DNA from: an uncultured bacterium
GTDB taxonomy: Bacteria > Oederibacteriota > PGYV01 > CAWJRG01
Length of the DNA: 64,000 bases
Direction: 5' to 3'
NCBI GenBank assembly: GCA_963845185.1
Contig: CAWJRG010000001.1
Coordinates: 1-64,000 of the forward strand
Shown: positions 52,928 to 63,581 of the stretch, one piece after another
Layout of the letters: each line of letters begins with the position of its first letter
Numbering within the stretch: position 1 is the stretch's first letter
Made by a program: the position numbers and the translations under genes
The notes under the pieces: model-generated
Seen by the model: only the letters and a program-made list of their open reading frames with translations
What the model was told of the DNA's origin: nothing
Databases searched by the model: none

Positions 52928-55105
52928 TTAACGGATTACTGCTATTTTTTTTGTTATAACCCTGTCCTTTAATATTAGTTTTAATATGTAAACTCCATTT
53001 GAAACTTCCCTCCCCGTATCGTTTACGCCCTGCCATTTAATATGATTTATGCACGCTGTTGTATCAAAACTTGTTAATTCCTTTTCCCATACCATCCTGC
53101 CTGAAGCATCGCTTATGGTTATCATGACATTCTGCGGCTCAGTCAACGGAAACCTTATTGTTGTAGTTCCATTGCAGGGGTTCGGATAATTATAAACATT
53201 CTTCTCATCAGGCTGGGTTAATATTGCTTCTGGCATTGTTTTGTTTATCACTTCGGATTCTTTCAATAATTCGCGCACCGGTGTTGCAATACATGCATGT
53301 GTAACAATACATGTAGGTGTTGCATATGTAGGTTCTTCATCCTGAATAGGATATCCATCGACATATATGGATATTTTTTCTTGACCTTTACATGAATTGC
53401 AGCCAGCCACAGGATGACCGCTTGGCTGTCCATGCATATTGTCGCCTTTTATTTCCATAAACACTATCAGTGTTATTTCTTCACCTTGCTTTATTTCTCC
53501 CGCGCATTGTTTAAATATTATTTCAAACATCTCTGTATTGCTGTTAATTTTTGCAATACTTGTTTTTATGCATTCTTTGATACTATCTTCATCTTTATCT
53601 TTAAATTCAAATTTCTTATCATTTCTCTTTTTGATATTTCCCCAATCATTATTTTCACTAATTCTATTCGATTTAATGCCTTTAATAGATACCGTTATTT
53701 CCTCCCCGGGATAATTACCTGAGTCACAACAATATCTTAATGATACCCTGCTCAAATCAATATCTTTCTTTGAACAGTTTGTCAAAATTATTTGCCCGTT
53801 AACGCCATTTTCTTTGCGTTTATCATTTTCATCAATGTATTTTGCTATTAAGCATAAATTTGGCTGTTCTGTATTTACAGGCGTTATTGTCGGCGTGAAA
53901 ATAGCTATTTTTGTAGCTGTAGCGCTAACAGTATCCGTGATTGTAAACGAAGGAGACCCTGTTAAAGTCCATATAGGTGTATTTGTTTGGGTTGCAGTAA
54001 ACGTAGGTACCTCTGTCAAAGTATTTGTTGTTGCCGCTGTCGTAGTTGCCGAAACCGTATACGTTGGCGTCTCTGAATCTGTTAAGGTCCATGTAGGCGT
54101 ATTTGTTTGGGTTGCAGTAAATGTAGGCGCCTCTGTTAATGTATTTGTTGGTGTCGCTGTCGTAGTTGCCGAAGCCGTATATGTTAGCGTCTCCGAATCT
54201 GTTAAAGTCCATGTAGGCGTATTTGTTTGAGTTGCAGTAAATGTAAGTGCCTCTGTTAATATATTTGTTGGTGTCACTGTCGCAGTTACCGAAGGCGTAT
54301 GCGTTGATGTCTCTGAATCTGTCAAAGTCCATGTAGGGGTATTTGTAGGTGTTCCTGTTAATGTGCCTGATATTGAGCTTGTAGGAGTAGGCGATTCAAT
54401 GTCTGTAGAAGTGCAAGTCGGTGTAGTAGTCTGGGTAATAATTACTAAATTAGGTGAATATGCCCCACCGTGTGTTTTCCCATCATTCCAGTAGGCATAA
54501 AATTGATAGTTGGCATTTGCCGTGCTTGTAATTTTATAATAAAAATCAAGTTGCCCGTTTATGTTGTTTATAAGAGTATCCGGAGGCCCGACATTCCACG
54601 CTATGTAAGGCTGTTGTACATTAAATATATCTAAAGGCGTGGGAACTGGCGTTCCTATTAAATATCCTGATTTATTTGCAGCATTGTTTATTGTGTAAAT
54701 ATTTAAGTAAGCGTTTGGAATATAGTAAGTTCCTATTAAAGAATAATATATTGTAAAGTGCACTGTGTCGCCAAGTGCTGCGGAACCGGACTTGTCGTTA
54801 GTTATTGTAATAATAAACTGTGGAGTGCTTGTAAGCGTAGCCGTGGGCGTATTTGATAAAATCGGTGTTTCAGTAGCCGTCGCTGTTTGTATTATTGTGG
54901 TATCATCTATTATCGTAGGCGTTACTGATTGCTGGGATTGTTGATCGTCAGAGAAAGCGCTTGAATTGAGTAAAATAAATATAAACAAAAAGACAGGTAA
55001 AAAAATCTTTTTACCTGTCTTCCTCAAAGCCTTTTCTTCTTCTCGCGGGCTTTCAGATTTTATTAACTGCTCAGTTATCAACCTTCCTTTCATTGGCTCT
55101 TTCAT
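52928..55105 (-). CDS. Exported Thr-rich protein with a degenerate CBM3-like domain and C-terminal FlgD/T9SS-CTD-like domain
   Basis: DIDLSRVSLRY...ISIYVDG resembles CBM3; the tail reads YNYPNP...WQGVNDTGREVSNGVYILKL...KKIAVIR. Start moved to ATG 55105 (GGAGGT SD) because a promoter lies inside the longer ORF; TTG 55027 is also possible. Confidence 0.8.
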   Translation of the reverse strand: MKEPMKGRLITEQLIKSESPREEEKALRKTGKKIFLPVFLFIFILLNSSAFSDDQQSQQSVTPTIIDDTTIIQTATATETPILSNTPTATLTSTPQFIITITNDKSGSAALGDTVHFTIYYSLIGTYYIPNAYLNIYTINNAANKSGYLIGTPVPTPLDIFNVQQPYIAWNVGPPDTLINNINGQLDFYYKITSTANANYQFYAYWNDGKTHGGAYSPNLVIITQTTTPTCTSTDIESPTPTSSISGTLTGTPTNTPTWTLTDSETSTHTPSVTATVTPTNILTEALTFTATQTNTPTWTLTDSETLTYTASATTTATPTNTLTEAPTFTATQTNTPTWTLTDSETPTYTVSATTTAATTNTLTEVPTFTATQTNTPIWTLTGSPSFTITDTVSATATKIAIFTPTITPVNTEQPNLCLIAKYIDENDKRKENGVNGQIILTNCSKKDIDLSRVSLRYCCDSGNYPGEEITVSIKGIKSNRISENNDWGNIKKRNDKKFEFKDKDEDSIKECIKTSIAKINSNTEMFEIIFKQCAGEIKQGEEITLIVFMEIKGDNMHGQPSGHPVAGCNSCKGQEKISIYVDGYPIQDEEPTYATPTCIVTHACIATPVRELLKESEVINKTMPEAILTQPDEKNVYNYPNPCNGTTTIRFPLTEPQNVMITISDASGRMVWEKELTSFDTTACINHIKWQGVNDTGREVSNGVYILKLILKDRVITKKIAVIR

Positions 55106-55201
55106 GGTACCCACCTCCCCGCTTTTCGGGGAACCCGGCTCCAAGCTTTCGGGTACTTCGAAAGGCTCAGCGTCTTTGCTTTTCTTTCTCTTTCCGCTAT
55201 A

Positions 55202-55230
55202 AATATACCATATAATTCTGTTTTTGTCAA
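55202..55230 (-). promoter_or_regulatory. sigma70 promoter with extended -10
   Basis: TTGACA-17 bp-(TGg)TATATT. Confidence 0.75.
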
Positions 55231-55315
55231 GTATTTTTGTAAATATTATTAAATCTAACAATATAGTAATAAAATAAATTTATTAAATTCCCCTATTTAA
55301 TTTATTGTAATTTTA

Positions 55316-56536
55316 TTATTCTAGGACTGGTGAGTAATTTACTGCATTTGATATTTTTATTTTAATCTCGTCTGACTTTAAGACTGTTCCGTTTTCGTCA
55401 GTAACCGTAATTTTCGCAGTATAAATACCCTCGGCATGCGGCATGCCGTCGTCCCTCATTCCGTCCCACACAACGTTGTCAAAAGGTTTTTCCGAGCCTT
55501 CCCATGTTTTTATTATTTTTTCATCACTGTCTTTTATTTCAACCGTCCACTTATATATGTCGTATTTCGTTTCTGATTTTATTCTGATATAGCATTTGTT
55601 GTTTGAAGTCAAAGGTGAAAATATTGGCGGGTCTGCCTTCAAAGAAAGTTCATATCCGCCGAACTTGTAACTTAAAGCCACCTTGTTTGATGTTACTAAC
55701 CCGTTAATGTCAATTCCATAATCAAATGTAAAATCATTAAACGTGATTCCAAACCCTCCTGTAATGTCACCTGGGTTATTGTTGTAACCCACCCTTAGAT
55801 ATAAAGGCGCGATCAGGTTATATTCAATCCCGGTAAAAATCAGCGGTGCCAGACTGTTAAAATCTTTTTCAGCATCAACCGCTATCTTTACAGTTTCGTC
55901 CATCAGCTTGATTGCCACGCCCAGCCTGGCAGACGGGATCAGTTTTTCCTCGTCGTTTGCGTATTGTATCGGCAGCGGCAGTATATTTCTGAAGCTCAAA
56001 GCCGCGTCCACATATTTATCGAAAGACCTCGCTAAACTTACATCGGCATTTACTCCGTAAAAACTGTCGTTTCCCAGCAGCCTCACTATCGGCTTTATGT
56101 TTATTCCGCCCTTTATGTTATAAAAAAGGCTTCTGCCGTAGCCCATCGTAATAAAGAGGTCGCTTGCTGATTGGCTTCCTTGCACTGTGCCGTCAGTGTT
56201 TACTACATCATAACTGCCGTAACTCATGTAAGATATCGCCAATCCTGCGCCGCCATATCTGCTCATGGGAAGTGCGTATGCTATGTTGTCAAAGTGAGAG
56301 CTTCCGTAAAATTGCTCAAACGACGCGGATATCTCATGCTTGGCGACATCTTCGAGATAAGCAGGGTTCCAGAAAACAGCCGTTGCGTCGTTCACGTCGG
56401 CTATTCCTGCCCCGCCCATGCTCATATTCCTCACGCCAAAACCTTTATATAACACCTCTAAAGGTATGCCCGCGTTATCAGCATATAAGGCGGCTGCACT
56501 TAGTATAAGCAGTACAAACAACAAAATTTTTTTCAC
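55316..56536 (-). CDS. PorV/PorQ (FadL-like) outer-membrane barrel fused to a FlgD-Ig-like domain
   Basis: GVRNMSMGGA...DATAVFWNPAYL signature, amphipathic strands and LYLRVGY; the tail reads FSP...WDGMRDDG...GIY. Confidence 0.85.
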   Translation of the reverse strand: MKKILLFVLLILSAAALYADNAGIPLEVLYKGFGVRNMSMGGAGIADVNDATAVFWNPAYLEDVAKHEISASFEQFYGSSHFDNIAYALPMSRYGGAGLAISYMSYGSYDVVNTDGTVQGSQSASDLFITMGYGRSLFYNIKGGINIKPIVRLLGNDSFYGVNADVSLARSFDKYVDAALSFRNILPLPIQYANDEEKLIPSARLGVAIKLMDETVKIAVDAEKDFNSLAPLIFTGIEYNLIAPLYLRVGYNNNPGDITGGFGITFNDFTFDYGIDINGLVTSNKVALSYKFGGYELSLKADPPIFSPLTSNNKCYIRIKSETKYDIYKWTVEIKDSDEKIIKTWEGSEKPFDNVVWDGMRDDGMPHAEGIYTAKITVTDENGTVLKSDEIKIKISNAVNYSPVLE

Positions 56537-56653
56537 ATTTTGCTCCTAAGCAAGAGTTTATTTTACAAACCCTCAGGGTGCAGCAAAAATATTACTCTTG
56601 CTTACACCCGATTAAGTCCCAATCTTACGGGAACGAGAGGTGTCAGATATCTT

Positions 56654-58108
56654 TTATTTTAGCTTCGGCAGGCTTTCCAGCCCTTTGTCTATGCTTGACT
56701 GCTGAAGCGGTACATCCTCCAATTTGCCGTGCATATAAAGCTCATAAGCGCCTAGGTCAAAATTGCCGTGCCCGCTCAAGTTGAATAAAATTACCCTTTT
56801 CTGGTCTTTTTTCTTGGCGTCAAGCGCCTCGTCAATTGCGCATTTTATGGCATGCGCGCTTTCAGGCGCAGGGATAATCCCCTCTGTCCTTGAGAATAAC
56901 ATTGCCGCTTCAAAAACCGGGTTCTGGTCATAGGCCACCGCATCAATTATTCCCTGCTCATGCAGCAAGCTGATTATCGGCGACGCGCCGTGATACCGCA
57001 GCCCGCCGGCATGTATGCTTTCCGGCACGAATTTATGGCCCAGAGTATACATCTTTACGAGAGGCGTCATTTCGCCTGTGTCGCCAAAGTCATACGCGAA
57101 TTTTCCCTTTGTAAGCGACGGGCACGCGCTCGGCTCTGCAGCCACTGTCCTGAGCTTGGCAGCTTTGCCTGTCAGCCTGTCGTAAATAAAAGGCAGGGCC
57201 ATGCCTCCCAGGTTACTGCCTCCGCCATGGCACGCTATGACCACATCAGGATATTCCCCGGCCAACTCCATTTGTTTTTTCGCTTCCAGCCCAACTACGG
57301 TCTGGTGCAAAAGCACGTGGTTTAAAACGCTGCCCAACGAATATTTTGTATCCGGATTTTTTACTGCCATTTCGACTGCCTCAGATATGGCTATTCCGAG
57401 TGATCCCGGGGAATCAGGGTTTTCAGCTAGTATTTTTTTGCCTACTTCTGTCCTGTCCGAAGGCGAAGGATACACGTTTGCTCCCCATGTATGCATCATG
57501 AGTTTCCTGTACGGTTTCTGGTGAAAGCTGACTTTAACCATATAAATTTCTACCTCAAGCCCCATAAGGGTTCCAGCGAGCGCCAGAGCCGACCCCCACT
57601 GTCCTGCTCCTGTTTCTGTAGATAATCTTTTAACGCCTTGCTTCTTATTATAATAAGCCTGCGCAATGGCAGTATTTGGTTTATGGCTTCCTGCTGGCGA
57701 CACTCCCTCGTATTTATAGTATATTTTGGCCGGGGTACCCAAGGCTTTCTCAAGCTTAAATGCCCTCATCAGTGGAGAAGGCCTCCAGAGCTTATATATG
57801 TCAATAACTTCTCCCGGTATATCTATCCATCTTTTTGGCGACATTTCCTGCTCGATTAATGCCATTGGGAATAGTGGCGCTAAATCAGCTGGGCCAAGCG
57901 GCTTTCCCGTACCGGGATGCAAAGGTGGGGCGAGCGGTACAGGCAGGTCCGGAAGTATATTGTACCACGCATTTGGTATTTCTTTTTCCCCCAGGATGAA
58001 TTTCGTAAATGCGCCGGCTTTGATATTTACGATTTTTGCAGCTGCTTTTACTTTGGTTTTCGGGGACTTTTTAGCTTTTTTTACCTGTTTCTTTTTTCCC
58101 TTTTTCAT
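56654..58108 (-). CDS. trpB2: Tryptophan synthase beta chain type 2 (TrpB2-like), stand-alone
   Basis: [30 protein letters not shown] and FNLSGHG; Lys-rich N-terminal extension. Confidence 0.95.
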   Translation of the reverse strand: MKKGKKKQVKKAKKSPKTKVKAAAKIVNIKAGAFTKFILGEKEIPNAWYNILPDLPVPLAPPLHPGTGKPLGPADLAPLFPMALIEQEMSPKRWIDIPGEVIDIYKLWRPSPLMRAFKLEKALGTPAKIYYKYEGVSPAGSHKPNTAIAQAYYNKKQGVKRLSTETGAGQWGSALALAGTLMGLEVEIYMVKVSFHQKPYRKLMMHTWGANVYPSPSDRTEVGKKILAENPDSPGSLGIAISEAVEMAVKNPDTKYSLGSVLNHVLLHQTVVGLEAKKQMELAGEYPDVVIACHGGGSNLGGMALPFIYDRLTGKAAKLRTVAAEPSACPSLTKGKFAYDFGDTGEMTPLVKMYTLGHKFVPESIHAGGLRYHGASPIISLLHEQGIIDAVAYDQNPVFEAAMLFSRTEGIIPAPESAHAIKCAIDEALDAKKKDQKRVILFNLSGHGNFDLGAYELYMHGKLEDVPLQQSSIDKGLESLPKLK

Positions 58109-58258
58109 TTTAACACCTCCTGATTTTTTAATAAAATCCGGCAGTTAATATAACATTTTTTTTAATATAAGTCCATAATTTTTTAGAATGGGTATAAATC
58201 AATGAATTGAATTGTTTGACAGGAGTTTTACAACAATTAATTATATTTATTTGTGTAT

Positions 58259-61200
58259 TTAGTTACTATAACTAATTATTGCCGATATTTTTACTATCTT
58301 CCTCACTTTGTTGCCTGTAGTATCCACGCCTTCCATCACGCATATATAAGTCCCGCCCGATACTGTCTGCCCGCTTACGCTCTTTAAATCCCAGTTTATG
58401 CCGGCCGCGGCAAGATCGCCAATCAGCGTCCTTACAAGCTCCCCTGCTATGTTATATATCTTTATCTTTATTGTCCCGTTTGCGCCTGCCAGCCATGTGA
58501 ATTTCAGCTGTGTTTTACCGGTACCTATATAAGGGTTCGGCAAAGTCTTTACAACTCCCAGAACGTCTGCTGTACCTTTGTTAAATACCGTAATTGACTT
58601 ACTGGCTGTCACGCTTATTCCCTGATTTGTCTTTACCACAAGCTGTATCTCATATACTCCGCTCTGCACATAATCTCCCTGCGCGTTTTTCCCGTCCCAT
58701 GTAATATAGCTCACACCTGAGGTTGTATAAACTATTCCTATAGGCAGCGCTCCATTGCCCACAGCCACCACATTATTAACCTTTAATTCCATCTGGTCCC
58801 CTGTGGGATTCGGCTCTGATATTGTCTGTACAAGCTCTCCCGCGCTGTTGAATATATTCACCTGCACGTACTGGTCTTCGTTAATCGCGGTTATCTGCTT
58901 TGTTATTATATCCGTATGCCCGTACGGGTCTGTTGTCGTTTCCTTTATGTAATATGTCCCGTTCGCCACATTCTGGCCCGCGCTGTTTGTCCCGTCCCAT
59001 GTTAAAGCTCGCGTACCCGTTTTTCTGCTGGTCAGGCGTCTCCAGGCCCGGCACCTTTATTGTCAGCGGAGTCCCTGAACCGGGCGACATCACTGCTGTC
59101 TGGCTGCCGTTCAGCAGCAGCTGCACCTGCTGCGCCTCCTGCGATGTCGTAGTACTTACTATCGTTTTCACAAGCTCTCCTGCCTCGTTATACACGCCTA
59201 TGCTCATCACGTACGGGAACGGCACAGGCGTTATAGTTATTGTCACTGTCTGCGTGTTTGTGGACGTGTATGTTATTGTGGCGCTTAGCGTGTTTGTCGC
59301 CGTGTTTGTTGTAGTCAATGTTCTTGTGTTTGTGTCCGTCGTTGTTGCTGTTATTGTGTCCGTGTAAGTGTATGTCTGCGTAAGTGTGCTGGTATATGTA
59401 GGTGTCGCCGTAAAAGTGTATGTCGCCGTATTAACAGGCGTATTTGTGTATGTTGACGTCAGTGTGTATGTGTATGTCAGCGTAAGCGTGCTGCTTGAAG
59501 TCACGCTTACAGTCGGCGTGAATGTCGGCGTGTCTGTCGGCGTATCCGTGTTTGTCGGTGTATCTGTCGGCGTGCTGCTCGGCGTCGGGCTTACAGTCGG
59601 CGTATCCGTCGGCGTATCCACCGGAGAATTTGTATATGTAGGTGTCGCTGTATCTGTCGGTGTCCACGTCGGTGTGTTTGTATACGTCGATGTCGGCGTG
59701 CCCGTATCAGTTTCTGTACTTGTATAAGTGTATGTCGGCGTATCTGACGGGGTATCAGTTTGCGTATATGTCAGGGTCGTTGTTTTTGTCACAGTATATG
59801 TCGGCGTGAACGTCGCAGACAATATCACCACCGTAAATGTCATTGTTATCGTGTATGTCGGCGTATCTGTATCAGTATATGTCGGTGATGCCGTACTTGT
59901 GCATGTTGGCGTTGCTGTTAATGTATCCGTCTGCGTGTCCGTGTATGTATATGTCGGCAATAACGTATTTGTGTACGTTGGTGTTGCTGTCGGAGTATCT
60001 GTTTGCGTGTCTGTCACTGTTTGCGTGTACGTGGATGTAGGCGATGTAGTGTTTGTGTATGTTGGTGTTGGTGTCGCCGTCGGCGTATCCGACTGTGTAT
60101 CTGTCACGGTTATTGTCCTTGTTGCCGTGTATGTCGGCGTAAATGTCGCGGACAGTATCACCACCGTGAATGTCATTGTTATCGTGTATGTAGGCGTTAC
60201 TGTATTTGTATATGACGCCGTATTCGTGCTTGTGTATGTTACTGTCTGCGTATATGTAGGTGTAGGCGATGTCGTGTTTGTGTATGTTGGTGTCGCCGTC
60301 GGCGTATCTGTCTGCGTATATGTCACGGTTATTGTCCTCGTTGCCGTGTATGTTGGCGTAAATGTAGCCGATAGTATTACCACCGTGAATGTCATTGTTA
60401 TCGTGTATGTCGGTGATACCGTATCCGTATATGTCGCAGTATTCGTGCTTGTGTACGTCACTGTCCGCGTGTATGTTGGCGTGGGTGACATTGTATCTGT
60501 GAATGTCGGCGTTGCCGTCATTGTAACCGTCTGCGTGTCTGTCAGGGTTATTGTATCTGTCGGCGTATTTGTCCTGGTTATCGTGTATGTTGGCGTATAT
60601 GTCGCGGATAGTATAACGACAGTGAATGTCATTGTTATTGTATATGTCGGAGTCACTGTATTTGTCACTGACGGCGTATTCGTCATTGTGTCTGTGTATG
60701 TATATGTATACGTCACTGTCCTCGTGTATGTTGGCGTCGGCGACATCGTATCTGTGTATGTGGGCGTCGCTGTCGGCGTCACTGTCTGCGTATCTGTCAG
60801 CGTTATTGTATACGTCGGTGTATTTGTCCTGGTTATCGTGTACGTCGGCGTATATGTCGCGGACAGTATCACGACAGTGAATGTCATTGTTATCGTATAT
60901 GTCGGCGTTATTGTAGACGTATCAGTAGGCGTTACCGTAACGGTATCCGTATATGTATATGTGTATGTGACTGTGCGGGTGTATGTCGGCGTCGGTGATG
61001 CGGTGTTTGTGTATGTCGGCGTAGGCGTCAGCGTGTCCGTCAGAGTGAATGTCGGCGTATATGTCCTGGTAAATGTTACCGATACTGTAATTGTCACTGT
61101 TGAAGTAAATGTCGGTGTATCAGTCACCGTAACAGTATTTGTATATGTATATGTCACTGTCTGAGTGTATGTAGGCGTAGGCGATTGCGTGTCTGTAAAT

Positions 61201-63509
61201 GTCGGTGTCGTTGTAGGCGTGTACGTCCGGGTAAATGTGGGCGTCTGCGTGTATGTATATGTAGGCGACAACGTGTTTGTGTACGTCGGCGTAGGGGTTG
61301 GCGTGTCTGACTGCGTGTATGTCGGCGTATTTGTCCTTGTGAATGTCATTGACATTGTATTTGTCAGGGTTGGAGTGTCAGTCCGCGTTGCCGTAAGCGT
61401 GACAGTATTTGTATATGTATATGTCACTGTCTGTGTGTATGTAGGCGTCGGCGACGCCGTGTTTGTGTACGTCGGCGTAGCAGTCAGCGTGTCTGTCAAT
61501 GTATATGTGAATGTTATCGTCCTTGTGAATGTTACTGACACTGTATTTGTTGCGGTCAAAGTATCAGTCTGTGTCGGCGTCTTTGTGGCAGTGTATGTGT
61601 ATGTATATGTCACTGTCTGTGTGTACGTGGGCGTCGGCGATGCTGTGTTTGTGTTTGTCGAAGTTGCTGTCGGAGTGTCCGTCAGTGTGTATGTGGGCGT
61701 TATTGTCCTGGTGAATGTCACGGTGACTGTATTTGTCATTGTCGCAGTGTCAGTCAGTGTCGGTGTCTTTGTGGACGTATATGTGTAAGTGTATGTCTGT
61801 GTTTGCGTGTATGTAGGTGTCATGGTCCGCGTGGATGTATATGTCGGCGTACTTGTAGATGTGTATGTAGGCGTGTATGAAGGAGTCGACGCCAGACACT
61901 GGTCCGCCATATTTACCGTGGATACAGGCGATGCAGCATATCCAGGGAAGGACAGTGAAGCGTTATTATGCCAGGAACAATTTGCGGGACAGCAGTTATA
62001 CATGGTTAAATACACTGGCAAATCATAGCACCCTGTAAACCCCGGCGCTGCAGGGACAATTACGAATGTGGCCATGTTTGTGCCTCCAGAGCCACTTATG
62101 GATGAAATTCCAGCTGCAGGCGAACCCAAATAATACGGCCCGTTAAACGCCCAGCTGTCTGCCGGCGCAGCAGACGACCAGTCGTCAATAACCGTGATAT
62201 CCTGCGTCACATAGCCGCCGTTATTGCAGATTGCCAGGGTAAATGTAAGGTTTTGTGTTGTTATATTTGTCGTTTGGCTAGCGGATTTTGCCAGGGTAAA
62301 TTGCGGCGGCATTGGCGTCACTGTCGGCGACGGGCAGAAATCCGACAGTTTTACGCTGCTGCTTGACGCACCCATTGTCACAGTGTTGTACCACACCGTG
62401 CACTCGTCGCCTACAGGAAAATAATAATTCTCAAGCACATACGTGAAAGACATGCACGGCTGCGTGCACCCGGTACAGGTAACGCCGGGAAATCCTTCCT
62501 CAAAATAAACCTGGTTGTTTTGGGTACCAGATGAGATTGAAATGTCCCCGAAATAAACTCCACCGGAATAAATACCCATAATGCCGCTCGTCGGCGACAC
62601 ATATGACCAGTCAGTGGCCGTCCATTGGTCGCTTGTAAAAACCGTGCTTGTGGTGCCGCCTCCGGAATTGCATATAGTATAGGAAAAAGTCAGCTCTCCG
62701 CTCCCGTCTATGAACGTTCCTCCTATGCCGGTGGTCTGGCCCGCTGATTTTGTTATTTTCAGATTCGGCGGCATGGGAGTCGGGATTTCACTCAGGTTAA
62801 ACCCCTGCCTGAAAAATATTTGCTGGCATCCGGTAGTTGTTTCGGCAGTAGAAGCGTCTCCGTAACCCAGAGGCTCCAGCACGTTGTGCGTTTCAAGGGA
62901 AATTTCTTTCGCACCCCATTCCTGTCCCAGATAAAGTATGCTGGAAGCTGACGCCCATGTCGAATTGCTTGCCTGGTTGTAATTCTGGCTGTACCATGTA
63001 TATGTCCCGTCGTACGGCCCCGCATCGCACGATTGCGATCCATTGCAGCATACGTTTGTATCCGTAATATAACTGATGCCTGTGCCGCTGTCGCTGTCCA
63101 CAAAAGCGTACCCGCCGTTCGTGCAGGTTATTTCCATGGACCATGTCGCCCACATTTCGCAGCATTCCGTGTTCTGGTTCCTCACAGCTATGACATTGCC
63201 CGTCGACTGAAGGTTGAAAGAGGTAACTTGTGCTGCGCTCAGGGCGATACACGGGGTAGTGCCTCCCATGCCGACATATCCAAAAGTCGTGACATAAACT
63301 CCGTTTACATAAATGTCGGCAATATCATCGGTTGCGCCGCAAAGCTCAGCTGTTTGAGGCGTGCAGACAGCTGCCGCTGCATGCAGGCTGAAATTTAATG
63401 AAATAAAAAATATAAAAACGATTAAAATTATTTTCAGATTGGTATCAAACCCCCTTTTGACGTCTAAGGACAACTTTGAATCCCTGCACTTGATTTTTCC
63501 GGCACTCAT
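58259..63509 (-). pseudogene. Large exported Cys-rich-head / Thr-stalk / triple FlgD-like protein, split by a 1-bp frameshift near 59004 (real lesion or assembly error)
   Basis: The 1542-aa frame ends GYASF; removing one base gives TWDGTNSAGQNVANGTYY and joins the 58259-58969 ORF. Confidence 0.8.
58287..58677. repeat. 391-bp direct repeat, copy 1 (other copy at 63610-64000)
   Basis: Six mismatches by eye; offset 5323 bp. Confidence 0.95.
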
Positions 63510-63581
63510 TGTTCATGCCTCCGCATTTATAAAGACTGCGTCAGCGGAGGACATCGGCGGATTAGGTTCAACTCATGGATT

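Noticed and set aside
55106..55261. N-terminal 52 codons of the 777-aa ORF
   Set aside because: A consensus promoter and a structured leader lie within this stretch, and the strong SD is at ATG 55105.
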